Assembly: GCA_045612145.1 (NCBI GenBank)
Contig: JAZKYN010000070.1
Location: forward strand, 1 to 45,563
Length of the DNA stretch: 45,563 nucleotides
Source: Bacilli bacterium
GTDB lineage: Bacteria; Bacillota_I; Bacilli_A; ML615J-28; CAG-313
Direction: 5' to 3'
Shown here in pieces: positions 34,039-42,654 of this stretch. The notes below the pieces were generated by a model, which worked only from the letters and a program-made list of their open reading frames with translations, did no database searches and was not told the origin of the DNA. The number at the start of each line of letters is the position of its first letter. Position 1 is the stretch's first letter. The position numbers were made by a program, and so were the translations under genes.

Positions 34039-35817
34039 CTAATATTTTTCTGCGTTTTCTAATTCAACGCCTGATTTTGTTTCTAATAAAATTAATTGTT
34101 GTGATGATTCAAACTTAATACCTAAGTCGTTAAAGTCGTCAACAAAGATAGGGAAGTTTATATCAACAATTTTTTGTAAACCTTGAACAACTAAAACTCT
34201 AGCCATTAGTCTTTCACCAGTAGAGCAAGCTGTGTCATAACGTTTTTCTTTGCACAATAAAATACAATCTTCAGTAGATTCGTTTGTTGAAACAATTTTA
34301 GAGAAGAATTGCCACTTGATTTCATCTTGAAAATAACTATTGATGTGGTCAGTAAAGATGTGTTGAGTTTCGTTAGAATATTCATCTAATAATTCTTCTA
34401 AGATAGCAAGTTCTTGTTCAGATTTAACTAATTCAATTTGCTTTTTAGTTTTTTCTTCTAGCATTGATTTAGTATGTAAATATAATTGTTCACTAGCTAG
34501 ACTCTTCATTAATTCGTTCTTTTGTAAATTTAATTGTTGAATCTTATTGCTGTTGTTAGTTTGCTCTAAGTTATAAATTTCGATTTCGACAGCATCAGAC
34601 TTACACATAAAATCATCTTCGATTTGTTCTTTATCAGTTTTTAATTTAGAAATATTATCTTCAACTTCTTTTAATTTAACTTGAAGTGAAGTAATAGTTT
34701 TAGAATCTCTTTCTAAGTCAGCATTTAATTCGTTTTTATTTTTCTTAAGAGTTTCAATTTTACTATTTTTTTCAGCATAATATTGTTCTCTTAAAGAATC
34801 TAAAGACATTTCAGCGTTACAATAAGGACAAATTGTATTAACGTTTTCGTTAAATTTTTCGTTTCCAAGTTGCTCAATTAATTCTTCGATTGATTTGATT
34901 TTGCCTTTTCTATCTTCGTTAGCAAGAACTAAGTCGTTGATGTCTGAGCTTAAAATTCTTTTTTCAGAACATAATCCATTAATATTTAAATCTACGGAAT
35001 GAATTTCGTTTTGTTGTTCTTGTCTGATTTTTGATAAATCTAATTGAAGTTTTTGAATTTGAGCTTGTTTAGCAACATCATCAAGTTCACGAATTTGGTT
35101 GTCGATTGCCTGAATTTCACTTTTAACTTTTTCAAAATCAACATTTTGTAAATTACTTAAACTTTTGTTGCAATCAGCAATGATAGTATCGTTAGTAAGT
35201 TTTTCTTGTTCTAAACTCTTTCTTCTTTGCTTTAATGACTTTTTAACATCTAATTCGCTAACGTTTTTGATAAAGTATTGTTGGTATAATAATGCGTATT
35301 CTTCTTTAAGTTGCACTTCTTTAAGAACTTCATTTACACCAGTAATACGTTTTAAAATTTCTCGTTGTTCTTGCCATTTTAGATTTAAAAAGTAATCAAG
35401 ATTGCTAAGAGTTTCTAATTGTTCGATGCTTACTAAACCTAAATATTCGATAAGTTTGCTTTGATAAGCTTTTTTACTTGAATATTTAATATCATCAATA
35501 AAGTAAGAACTTGTTTTTCCAGTGTCTTTAATTTGGAATTTATAAGTCATTGGAATCACGCCATCAACTTCGATGCTCCACTCTACATTGGTAGCACCAG
35601 CATTTTCGTTTTCAACCCAAACGTTATCTTTTACTAAGTAAGGTCTAAAGTTTTCTACTTTTAATCCGAACACATAATTTAAGCTTTGTTTGATTGTACT
35701 TTTACCACTACCGAATTTAGCTTGAATAAGATTTTCTTCGTTGTTAAATTCTTTTTCGTAGTGTCTAATTCCTTTGAAATTTTCAATTAAAACTTTTCTT
35801 AAATAAATCTTTTTCAT
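34039..35817 (-). CDS. Rad50/SbcC-like AAA ATPase with coiled coil and CxxC hook
   Basis: N-terminal Walker A FGSGKST, a ~350-aa coiled coil with a central CPYC, and C-terminal FPIFVDDF (Walker B-like). Confidence 0.7.
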   Translation of the reverse strand: MKKIYLRKVLIENFKGIRHYEKEFNNEENLIQAKFGSGKSTIKQSLNYVFGLKVENFRPYLVKDNVWVENENAGATNVEWSIEVDGVIPMTYKFQIKDTGKTSSYFIDDIKYSSKKAYQSKLIEYLGLVSIEQLETLSNLDYFLNLKWQEQREILKRITGVNEVLKEVQLKEEYALLYQQYFIKNVSELDVKKSLKQRRKSLEQEKLTNDTIIADCNKSLSNLQNVDFEKVKSEIQAIDNQIRELDDVAKQAQIQKLQLDLSKIRQEQQNEIHSVDLNINGLCSEKRILSSDINDLVLANEDRKGKIKSIEELIEQLGNEKFNENVNTICPYCNAEMSLDSLREQYYAEKNSKIETLKKNKNELNADLERDSKTITSLQVKLKEVEDNISKLKTDKEQIEDDFMCKSDAVEIEIYNLEQTNNSNKIQQLNLQKNELMKSLASEQLYLHTKSMLEEKTKKQIELVKSEQELAILEELLDEYSNETQHIFTDHINSYFQDEIKWQFFSKIVSTNESTEDCILLCKEKRYDTACSTGERLMARVLVVQGLQKIVDINFPIFVDDFNDLGIKFESSQQLILLETKSGVELENAEKY

Positions 35818-36119
35818 TTTTTCTCCTTTGTACTTTTAAAAAATTCTATTATGTCAGTGTTTAGTTCTTCACTGACTTTTTCTTTTTGAGTGTATTTTAG
35901 CTCTCTTCTTGCGTTTTCACATTCTAATTTGTATTTATTTATTCTAGGAAAGTATTCATATTTAACACTAGTAATAATGTTATTAGTTGCTAAACTAAAT
36001 TCTTCAACTGAATATCCACCTAAATATTCGTAGTACAAATCAGCTTCTTTTTCGTTTAAAGGCATTCGATAAGCTAAACATATCTTTTGCAATATTTGAT
36101 AGAACTCACATTTTGTCAT
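35814..36119 (-). CDS. hypothetical protein
   Basis: It overlaps the neighbouring starts and stops and lies downstream of the replisome organizer. Confidence 0.45.
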   Translation of the reverse strand: MTKCEFYQILQKICLAYRMPLNEKEADLYYEYLGGYSVEEFSLATNNIITSVKYEYFPRINKYKLECENARRELKYTQKEKVSEELNTDIIEFFKSTKEKK

Positions 36120-36133
36120 TTTTCCTCCTTTCT

Positions 36134-37018
36134 TTAGAATCCTTCATTATTACCAAAATCAATATCAAGTATCGAAATTGGTCTGTTTTTAGGCTTAGGT
36201 TTGAAACTACGCTTGTCTTGGTCTTGCATATAGTTTACCCACTTTACGCCATCATCAGCAAAATCATAAATGCCTTTCTTTCTTGTTAAGAACTCTTCTA
36301 AAGTCCATTTGTAGTCAAAATAATAATTAGGGTCATTTACCATTTTAACATATCTATCAATGTACAATTTGATTTGTTCTTCAGTAAAAGTTTTTAAAGC
36401 CTTTTTGATTGTTGCGTTTATTTTTGCACTAGGTTTATGCACGATAATGTTTTTTTGATTCCAATAAGTTAGGATAGGGTGTTCGATGATTTGTTCATCT
36501 GTATGTTGTTCTTGTTGTGGTTCAGCCACAATAATATTATCTCTATTCTCTATATCTAATTCTTTCTCTATATCTATCTCTATATCTGGTGGACACATAG
36601 GTGGACAAATGTCCACCCCCAATAATTTGTCTTTGTGGGCTATTCTTTGTTGCTGTTTTTTAAATGCTGATTTGCTTTGAGAACCAATCATATTTTCTAC
36701 TTGAGTTATATATAATTGTCCGTTTTCTAAAACTTTAATTAAACCTATTTCAGTTAATAATTTCATAGCAATGACTACTGTATCAAAATTAGTGTTAGTC
36801 ATATCAGCAAGTTTTTTATTATCGTAGGGAATTAATAATTCTCCAACTTTTCTAATCAAAATACCATTGTCTTTTAAAGATTTTAGACAAAGTTTTAAAT
36901 AAAATAAACAATATTCTTTTCCGTTTGGTTGCTCTTCCAACCACTCAATTGCATCTTCTTCGAAGAAGTCTTCTTTTAATTGCAACCAATAAAATTTAGT
37001 TTCATCATATTTAGCCAT
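36134..37018 (-). CDS. phage replisome organizer
   Basis: The N-terminus FYWLQLKEDFFEEDAIEWLEEQPNGKEYCLFYLKLCLKS matches the replisome-organizer N-terminal domain pattern. There are internal iterons. Confidence 0.75.
   Translation of the reverse strand: MAKYDETKFYWLQLKEDFFEEDAIEWLEEQPNGKEYCLFYLKLCLKSLKDNGILIRKVGELLIPYDNKKLADMTNTNFDTVVIAMKLLTEIGLIKVLENGQLYITQVENMIGSQSKSAFKKQQQRIAHKDKLLGVDICPPMCPPDIEIDIEKELDIENRDNIIVAEPQQEQHTDEQIIEHPILTYWNQKNIIVHKPSAKINATIKKALKTFTEEQIKLYIDRYVKMVNDPNYYFDYKWTLEEFLTRKKGIYDFADDGVKWVNYMQDQDKRSFKPKPKNRPISILDIDFGNNEGF
36547..36617. repeat. iterons inside the organizer gene: 3x TCTCTATATCT plus GGTGGACA x2 and palindrome GGTGGACAAATGTCCACC
   Basis: 11-mers at 36547, 36565 and 36577. 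GGTGGACA at 36588 and 36600. Perfect 18-bp palindrome at 36600-36617. Confidence 0.7.
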
Positions 37019-37556
37019 TCATAATATCTCCTTTTTCAAAAATTAAATCAATTATTTTTTTAAATAGTGCGTTGCTTCCACTAGTTTTCTTTTCAATCTC
37101 AACAAATAATACATAATTTGAATAAATCAAGGAATATAATTTTAAAAAATCATCATAGTATATATTTTTGCTTTTTGTAAAATCATCTATATAAATGTTA
37201 ATGTTCATTTTTTTACAAATGTACAAAATTCTAGAAGGTGAAGTTGAAAAATTTAAACGTTCTTTAAAAATTTTTTTAATTTTATTAGCAGAAAAATTCA
37301 TTTCATAATTGCTTGCTTTGTTATATTCTGGTTTATATTTTTTAATAAAAAAATCTTCGTAGTAATCTAATTCGCTAATTTTACAAGGATACAAAATGAC
37401 TTTATTAAATTCTTTGTTACCAAAATGATGACATATTCTTGTAAAACAATTTTTGCTTTGCCCTACATAAACTACTTCTTCCCCTCTTATCAAAAAGTAA
37501 ATCCCTGATTCATATTGAAAAATAACGTTTACACCTTTTTCTTCTTCATACTTCAT
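37011..37556 (-). CDS. GIY-YIG nuclease domain protein
   Basis: SGIYFLIRGEEVVYVGQS...R...H...Y..E..FIKKYKPEYNK. Confidence 0.65.
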   Translation of the reverse strand: MKYEEEKGVNVIFQYESGIYFLIRGEEVVYVGQSKNCFTRICHHFGNKEFNKVILYPCKISELDYYEDFFIKKYKPEYNKASNYEMNFSANKIKKIFKERLNFSTSPSRILYICKKMNINIYIDDFTKSKNIYYDDFLKLYSLIYSNYVLFVEIEKKTSGSNALFKKIIDLIFEKGDIMNG

Positions 37557-37578
37557 AATTTTCTCCTGTAATTGTTAT

Positions 37579-37806
37579 TTATTTTGTAATGACAATGTAA
37601 TTAAAACGTTCTAGTTCTTTTAAAATTTTGTATACTTCTTCATTTTTTTCTTTACAACACATACAAAGGTAACCGAATTTAATACCTTTAGAAGGAAACT
37701 CTTGTATCATTGCGATAATAGATTTAGCTTGCATACTTATATTAGTGTTGTAATAAAAATCTTTGTAAGAATTTGAATTTTTTAGTTTGATAGTAAAGTT
37801 CTCCAT
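37579..37806 (-). CDS. small winged-helix-like protein (75 aa; shortened from the track ORF)
   Basis: ATG at 37806 lies 8 nt after AGGAG. The longer track ORF would start at or upstream of the predicted transcription start and would run through a terminator hairpin. Confidence 0.45.
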   Translation of the reverse strand: MENFTIKLKNSNSYKDFYYNTNISMQAKSIIAMIQEFPSKGIKFGYLCMCCKEKNEEVYKILKELERFNYIVITK

Positions 37807-37935
37807 ATAAAATCTCCTAATAAAACGAAAGCACCTACAATCATACGGTGCCAGCCGCATAAAAGTAAGTGCATAGTTGGTAATAGTAGCATAAGTTTTG
37901 ATAGTATCTGGCACTACTACCAACATTTCGTTATG
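37807..37935 (-). promoter_or_regulatory. structured ~130-nt leader with terminator and competing pairing
   Basis: On the minus strand there is a 13-bp hairpin GTTGGTAGTAGTG/...TACCAAC. It is followed by GGCACC-11 nt-GGTGCT and TTTCGTTTTATT. GTGCCAG upstream can pair with CTGGCAC, which overlaps the 5' arm of the terminator. Confidence 0.4.
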
Positions 37936-37940
37936 CAACC

Positions 37941-37969
37941 ATTATATATTGTTTTGAAAAATAAATCAA
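37941..37969 (-). promoter_or_regulatory. promoter (TTGATT-17-TATAAT) on minus strand
   Basis: Forward AATCAA at 37964-37969 and ATTATA at 37941-37946. Confidence 0.55.
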
Positions 37970-37979
37970 CTAATTTACT

Positions 37980-38420
37980 CTATCTTTTTGCTCTTTTTCT
38001 CATTGAAACAGGTGTTTCTACAACAACTGGTTGAGGTTCAACAACTTCTTCAGTAGGTTCTTCTACTTTTTCTTCTACTGGTTCAGCAATTGGTTCGAAT
38101 GGTGCAAAAACTTCTTCAACAACTTCTTCTACTTCAACTACTGGAACAGGCATTTCGCAGATGTGATAACGAGGAGCGATTGCAACAGTGGCTTTAGCAA
38201 ATACATCTTTTAATGTATCTTTAATATTTTGCCAAACAACTTCTTGTTCTTCTTTAGTAGGTAAGAATGAAATAGCTTTAACAATGTCACTTAGCTTACC
38301 TAATTCAACTGAAACCCCGATGAATACGCAGTCAGAAAAAATTTCTTTAGCATCTTCAAAACTTAATTCAGCAATCTCTTTGTTACATACTTTAAATTCA
38401 AAATCATTTAATTTGTTCAT
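37980..38420 (-). CDS. protein with highly acidic E/V/P-rich C-terminal half
   Basis: VEVEEVVEEVFAPFEPIAEPVEEKVEEPTEEVVEP followed by a basic tail KRAKR. Confidence 0.5.
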   Translation of the reverse strand: MNKLNDFEFKVCNKEIAELSFEDAKEIFSDCVFIGVSVELGKLSDIVKAISFLPTKEEQEVVWQNIKDTLKDVFAKATVAIAPRYHICEMPVPVVEVEEVVEEVFAPFEPIAEPVEEKVEEPTEEVVEPQPVVVETPVSMRKRAKR

Positions 38421-38438
38421 TGATAATTTCCTCTTTTC

Positions 38439-39350
38439 TTATAAAATTCTGATTGGCATAACAACACAAACAGTGTCGTTACTTTCGTTCGTAAACGATA
38501 TTGGTCTGGCAACACTTGTAATAAATGTTCGGTGATTATTTCCTAGTACACTTATTACGTTTTTATAGCTTTCAAAACTTAAACATAATGGTTCTTCTAA
38601 ATTGGTCTTGCACTCTTCTACGATTTCGTTACCTTGACCTTCAAAGTTAGAAATAGAAATAGTGTTTTGAGTGAAGACGATACGATTATTATTGCTTTTT
38701 AACAAATCGCCTAGTTTAATTGTTTTACTAATAATATCTTTATCTTCAAAAATTATTTCTTTAGTATTATTAGCGTAAATAATAGATTGTAGTTTAGGAT
38801 ATTGACCTACAATTAATCTTCCTGTAACTTTTACATCTTCGCTTATTTGAATGCTTGCAACTTGATTATTAAATTGCATTATGCAAAACGAATTGTCGTA
38901 TTTAGTTAAATGACTTACAAATTCACGAGTTAAGACAACACCAGTTTCAGAAAGTTCTACGTTGTTTTCGTTGTAGCAATAAATTTTAAAACTATCACTA
39001 GCAACAACACAACCGTTATCTGAAACGAATACTCCGTACAAAATCGGTCTTTCAGCTGTCTTTGCAGTAAACTTTAACGCTTCTTTTAATTTAGTTAAAT
39101 TTATTTCAAACGAACATTGATATGAGTCGATAAAATTAGGTGGAGTGCTATTCAATAGTTGAAGTTTTGACCTACCTACAATTAAAGTCCCATTTTCAAT
39201 TTTGTATTTCTTTTTTTTCAATTGTTTAAATAATTTATAAGTTGGTTCGTCAAGGCAAAATGGAGTATCAAAAAATTCGTCAGTTTTAGTTTCTTCAATT
39301 ACATAATCGTTATAAGCAATAATTTTATTATCTTTAAAATAATAGTTCAT
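38439..39350 (-). CDS. DNA polymerase III beta sliding clamp-like protein
   Basis: RPILYGVFVSDNGCVVASDSFKIY and GRLIVGQYPKLQSII mirror the DnaN motifs (R.iL.gv ... atD..R and G.yPdy..vi). At 303 aa it is shorter than bacterial DnaN. Confidence 0.65.
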   Translation of the reverse strand: MNYYFKDNKIIAYNDYVIEETKTDEFFDTPFCLDEPTYKLFKQLKKKKYKIENGTLIVGRSKLQLLNSTPPNFIDSYQCSFEINLTKLKEALKFTAKTAERPILYGVFVSDNGCVVASDSFKIYCYNENNVELSETGVVLTREFVSHLTKYDNSFCIMQFNNQVASIQISEDVKVTGRLIVGQYPKLQSIIYANNTKEIIFEDKDIISKTIKLGDLLKSNNNRIVFTQNTISISNFEGQGNEIVEECKTNLEEPLCLSFESYKNVISVLGNNHRTFITSVARPISFTNESNDTVCVVMPIRIL

Positions 39351-39766
39351 TATTTATCTTCCTCTTTTTCAGCGTGTGATTCAATGTTTTCAACTTCAAC
39401 TTCAACATATCTATTCTTAAAGTTCCACATTTTACTTAAATCAAATTCGTATAATGGAAATTCGTTGCCTTCGATAACAATAGGTCTGTCTAAATCTTTA
39501 GCTATTTCGTAGGTTTTTAAAAAGTCTAATAATTCATTCTTATAAAATCTGTAATCAATAGTATTAATATAAGCTTGATTTCTCTTTAGTTTCTTTTTTA
39601 AACCAATTGCGTTTATAGTTGCTTCAAATAATGGCTTGTTAGTTAAAACGTCAACACCTAAAACAGCTAAGTTGTTAGAATCGTCATAAGTACCGTAGCC
39701 TAATATAATTTTTTTAGTGCCACTATTTAAATTGAATGGCATAGCTTGTAATGTTTGCTTTTTCAT
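39350..39766 (-). CDS. hypothetical protein
   Basis: Part of the packed array between the SSB and clamp genes. Confidence 0.45.
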   Translation of the reverse strand: MKKQTLQAMPFNLNSGTKKIILGYGTYDDSNNLAVLGVDVLTNKPLFEATINAIGLKKKLKRNQAYINTIDYRFYKNELLDFLKTYEIAKDLDRPIVIEGNEFPLYEFDLSKMWNFKNRYVEVEVENIESHAEKEEDK

Positions 39767-39767
39767 A

Positions 39768-40289
39768 TTAATTTTCCCACGGTAAATCTTTATCAGAAAT
39801 AGAATTTTTATAATTTACATTATTAAATTGATTTTGTTGTTGTGGCTCTTGATAAGGTGGTTGCCATTGTTTAGGTTGCTGTTGATATTGATTGTTGTAT
39901 TGTTGTTGGTTGTATTGAGGTTGCTGATATTGTTGTTGAGGCTGATTGTATTGTGTTTGTTGTAGGTTATCTTTTTTATCAATTAATGTAACTTCATTAA
40001 CTAAAATAACGGTTTTTGTACGTTGTTGACCTTGCTCATCAGTCCAAGATTGATTTTGTAAAGAACCACTCAAAGCAACTCTTTTACCTTTTTGACACCA
40101 ATTTTGAATGATTTCTGCTGTCCCTCTAAAAGCTGTAAAGCTAAAGAAGTCTGAAACTGGTTCTTGATTGTCTTTAGAAGTATAACCTCTTGCAACTGCG
40201 ATTCTTCCAGATACAATTAGAACTCCTTGACTAGTATGACTAACTTTAGGTTCTTCAACTAATCTACCAATAATATTAATTTGATTCAT
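39768..40289 (-). CDS. ssb: single-stranded DNA-binding protein
   Basis: OB-fold N-terminus NIIGRLVEEPKV..., a Q/P/Y-rich linker and an acidic tip DKDLPWEN. Confidence 0.9.
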   Translation of the reverse strand: MNQINIIGRLVEEPKVSHTSQGVLIVSGRIAVARGYTSKDNQEPVSDFFSFTAFRGTAEIIQNWCQKGKRVALSGSLQNQSWTDEQGQQRTKTVILVNEVTLIDKKDNLQQTQYNQPQQQYQQPQYNQQQYNNQYQQQPKQWQPPYQEPQQQNQFNNVNYKNSISDKDLPWEN

Positions 40290-40485
40290 TACTTTTTTTC
40301 TCCTTTTCTATTTTAGTAATTTGAATTTGTGAGTTATCGTTCAAAGCACTTATTAATTCAGATGTTAAATTTTTTAATTCGTTAAACTGAAATTTAATTG
40401 ATTCGTACTTTTTCTTGTATTTTATAATAGATAATAATTCAATTATCGTTAAAATTATTAAAAATAGTAATAAAAACCTATCCAT
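40276..40485 (-). CDS. small single-pass membrane protein
   Basis: N-terminal hydrophobic helix FLLLFLIILTIIELLSII. Confidence 0.4.
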   Translation of the reverse strand: MDRFLLLFLIILTIIELLSIIKYKKKYESIKFQFNELKNLTSELISALNDNSQIQITKIEKEKKSNESN

Positions 40486-40885
40486 TTGTACCGACCTTTT
40501 GTTCTTCTACATATTTTTCTTTTTCAATTAATTCAAATCTAAATTTTTGACTGGTGTCTTTAGAATAAATGTAATCAATTTTTCTACTAAGAGCTTGTGA
40601 GAAAAAGTCGGTTGTTTCTCTGTTTAAAAAATGTTTTAATTCGGTTAAATTTTTAAATGCTTTTACTTTTTCGTTTGTTTCAAAATCATAAATTTGAATA
40701 ACGTATTTATTTTTGTAATAATGATGTTCTCCGTAAGATAAAACATTATTTTTTAATATTCTTCTTCTAATCGAGTTTACATCTAACTCATATTTTTTTG
40801 CGATTTTTAAATAAGACCAACCCATTTGATGTAGTTTAAAAATTTCTGGCATCAGTTCATCTAATTTTTTGTTCAAGTATATCAC
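40478..40885 (-). CDS. HTH DNA-binding protein (homing-endonuclease-type DNA-binding modules)
   Basis: MGWSYLKIAKKYELDVNSIRRRI is an HTH. YVIQIYDFETNEKVKAFKNLTEL is NUMOD-like. Confidence 0.45.
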   Translation of the reverse strand: MIYLNKKLDELMPEIFKLHQMGWSYLKIAKKYELDVNSIRRRILKNNVLSYGEHHYYKNKYVIQIYDFETNEKVKAFKNLTELKHFLNRETTDFFSQALSRKIDYIYSKDTSQKFRFELIEKEKYVEEQKVGTNG

Positions 40886-40898
40886 CTCCGTTTGTTTG

Positions 40899-41174
40899 TT
40901 ATTTGTTAAATTTTCTATCTATTGTTCTATTTATTTTAAATTTAATCCATTGTTCTAAATCTAAAGGGTTGATGTTGTAGTATATTTCCATTTGCTTTAA
41001 CATTATATAAACATCAGCAAGTTCTTCAGTAATGGACTCTTTGTTTTCAAACCCTCTTTTATTTTTACATAATTCTTTTATTAATTCAGAAAGTTCTTCA
41101 ATACAAACATTTATTTGTTCTTCTCCGTAAGTGTGTACTAACTTTTCTAAAATTGTTATTTGTTCTGATGTCAT
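40899..41174 (-). CDS. MazG-like nucleotide pyrophosphohydrolase
   Basis: CIEELSELIKELCK ... ITEELADVYIMLKQM (EExxE...ExxD-type helices). Confidence 0.7.
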   Translation of the reverse strand: MTSEQITILEKLVHTYGEEQINVCIEELSELIKELCKNKRGFENKESITEELADVYIMLKQMEIYYNINPLDLEQWIKFKINRTIDRKFNK

Positions 41175-41178
41175 ACAA

Positions 41179-41433
41179 TTAACCCTCTTTAATGTCTAAC
41201 ATTGCTGGTATATGTCTTTTTAAACCTCCACAAGCTTCTACGTTCTTACAATCAGAAACGAATTGTGAAGCTTCTAAAGCTAATGCTGCGTTTTTTATAA
41301 TTGTATCTCCAATATCTACGATTGATTTAGCACGAGGTATTTCTTTTTCTAAATCACAATTTTCATCATTTAATCTTTCTAGTTGTTCGAATAAAAAATT
41401 ATTTAAATCAACTAGCGTGTTCTTTACTGCCAT
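41179..41433 (-). CDS. hypothetical protein
   Basis: The ORF overlaps the HNH gene end by 26 nt. RBS spacing is poor. Confidence 0.35.
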   Translation of the reverse strand: MAVKNTLVDLNNFLFEQLERLNDENCDLEKEIPRAKSIVDIGDTIIKNAALALEASQFVSDCKNVEACGGLKRHIPAMLDIKEG

Positions 41434-42196
41434 CTCCTCTTACACCATTTACCTTTCTTAAAATTTTTGTCATTAATACACCGCTTTCTGCAGCTTCTTT
41501 TGAATCAGTGTATCTAAGTCCGTATTTTTTCATAGACATAAATTCACTATTACTAATTAATATTAAATTATCAATATTAAAGTTACGATTATCACCATCA
41601 GCAAATATGATTTTGTGATTTGCTGGCATTTGTCCGTTTGCGTTTTCCCAAATGAGGTGATGTTTTAATTTCCAAACAGATTTCTTTTTGTTTTGTCCGA
41701 TTGGACTTGAAATTTTTACTTCGATAAAATCATCTTTATTAGGTCTTTCGTATCCAATAGGGTAAGCGTTATGAGCTTTTTGACCTTTTTTGAATTGAGT
41801 GGCTTTTGTTTTTTCTATGCTTTCAGCAGACATAAATTCAGTTATTTTTTTTCCTCTTGTTTCTTTTCCGAAATCGTGTTGCTTATTTTTATCGCATTTT
41901 AAATTATATCTTTTTATTACTCCTCTTATAGAATAATAAGATACATTTTCGTTAAAATATTCGTTAAACATTCTAGTCACTTCTCTAGCTTCGTAAATCA
42001 AATAATTATCTTTGATAAATTTTAATTCTTTTTCAGTATAGAAATGAAATATTGGATTTTTATTAAGCTTTTTCATCAAGTGGTTTAAATCTTCTTCATT
42101 AACGCCATCAATTTTACATTCGGTAACATACCTTAGTACGATTTTACGTTCTTTTTCGGTCAAATGAACTTCTTTTTTAACTTCCTTTTGACTCAT
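41408..42196 (-). CDS. HNH endonuclease
   Basis: HHLIWENANGQMPANHKIIFADGDNRNFNIDNL (HNH_3-type) with N-terminal HTH-like repeats. Confidence 0.75.
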   Translation of the reverse strand: MSQKEVKKEVHLTEKERKIVLRYVTECKIDGVNEEDLNHLMKKLNKNPIFHFYTEKELKFIKDNYLIYEAREVTRMFNEYFNENVSYYSIRGVIKRYNLKCDKNKQHDFGKETRGKKITEFMSAESIEKTKATQFKKGQKAHNAYPIGYERPNKDDFIEVKISSPIGQNKKKSVWKLKHHLIWENANGQMPANHKIIFADGDNRNFNIDNLILISNSEFMSMKKYGLRYTDSKEAAESGVLMTKILRKVNGVRGDGSKEHAS

Positions 42197-42470
42197 TTTC
42201 TTTTGCCTCTTTTACTGTGTCAGACCCAACCATTTTATTTGAATGTTGAGTGTAAACCTTGTAGCAAATATCTTCTAAAATTTGTAAATCATACACCGAG
42301 TTTCTTTTAAAAATAACTTTAGTGTAAGCTTTAATAAATTTTTTAACAGTATTTTTGTAATCTCTTTGTGTTTTTTCTGCTTCGCTCATTTTAAATATTT
42401 TAGTAAACATTTTTTTATTCCTCCATTGTTTATTTTTCTTAAATTTTTCAATTAATTTTAAATTAGTCAT
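42177..42470 (-). CDS. hypothetical protein
   Basis: Part of the packed array. Confidence 0.4.
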   Translation of the reverse strand: MTNLKLIEKFKKNKQWRNKKMFTKIFKMSEAEKTQRDYKNTVKKFIKAYTKVIFKRNSVYDLQILEDICYKVYTQHSNKMVGSDTVKEAKENESKGS

Positions 42471-42654
42471 TGTCGGTTACCTTTTCCCATCTGTTTGTAA
42501 GATAATTATATTCCCATTTTTTACTTTTTCTTTTAAGGAAATCCACTAATAAAGTAACAATACACCAAGTAATAATTATTATTATAACTAAACCAGTAAC
42601 ACATAGTCCAATAATTTCTTGCCAATATTTAAACTCAAAATATTTATCCATCAT
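42463..42654 (-). CDS. small membrane protein
   Basis: Central TM segment IIGLCVTGLVIIIIITWCIVTLLV. GGAGG lies upstream. Confidence 0.45.
   Translation of the reverse strand: MMDKYFEFKYWQEIIGLCVTGLVIIIIITWCIVTLLVDFLKRKSKKWEYNYLTNRWEKVTDND

Noticed and set aside
37807-37938. The N-terminal 44 codons of track ORF 37579..37938.
   Set aside because: The start has no RBS. It coincides with the predicted transcription start of a good promoter. It would also be translated through a terminator-like hairpin. An internal ATG with an AGGAG RBS is available at 37806.
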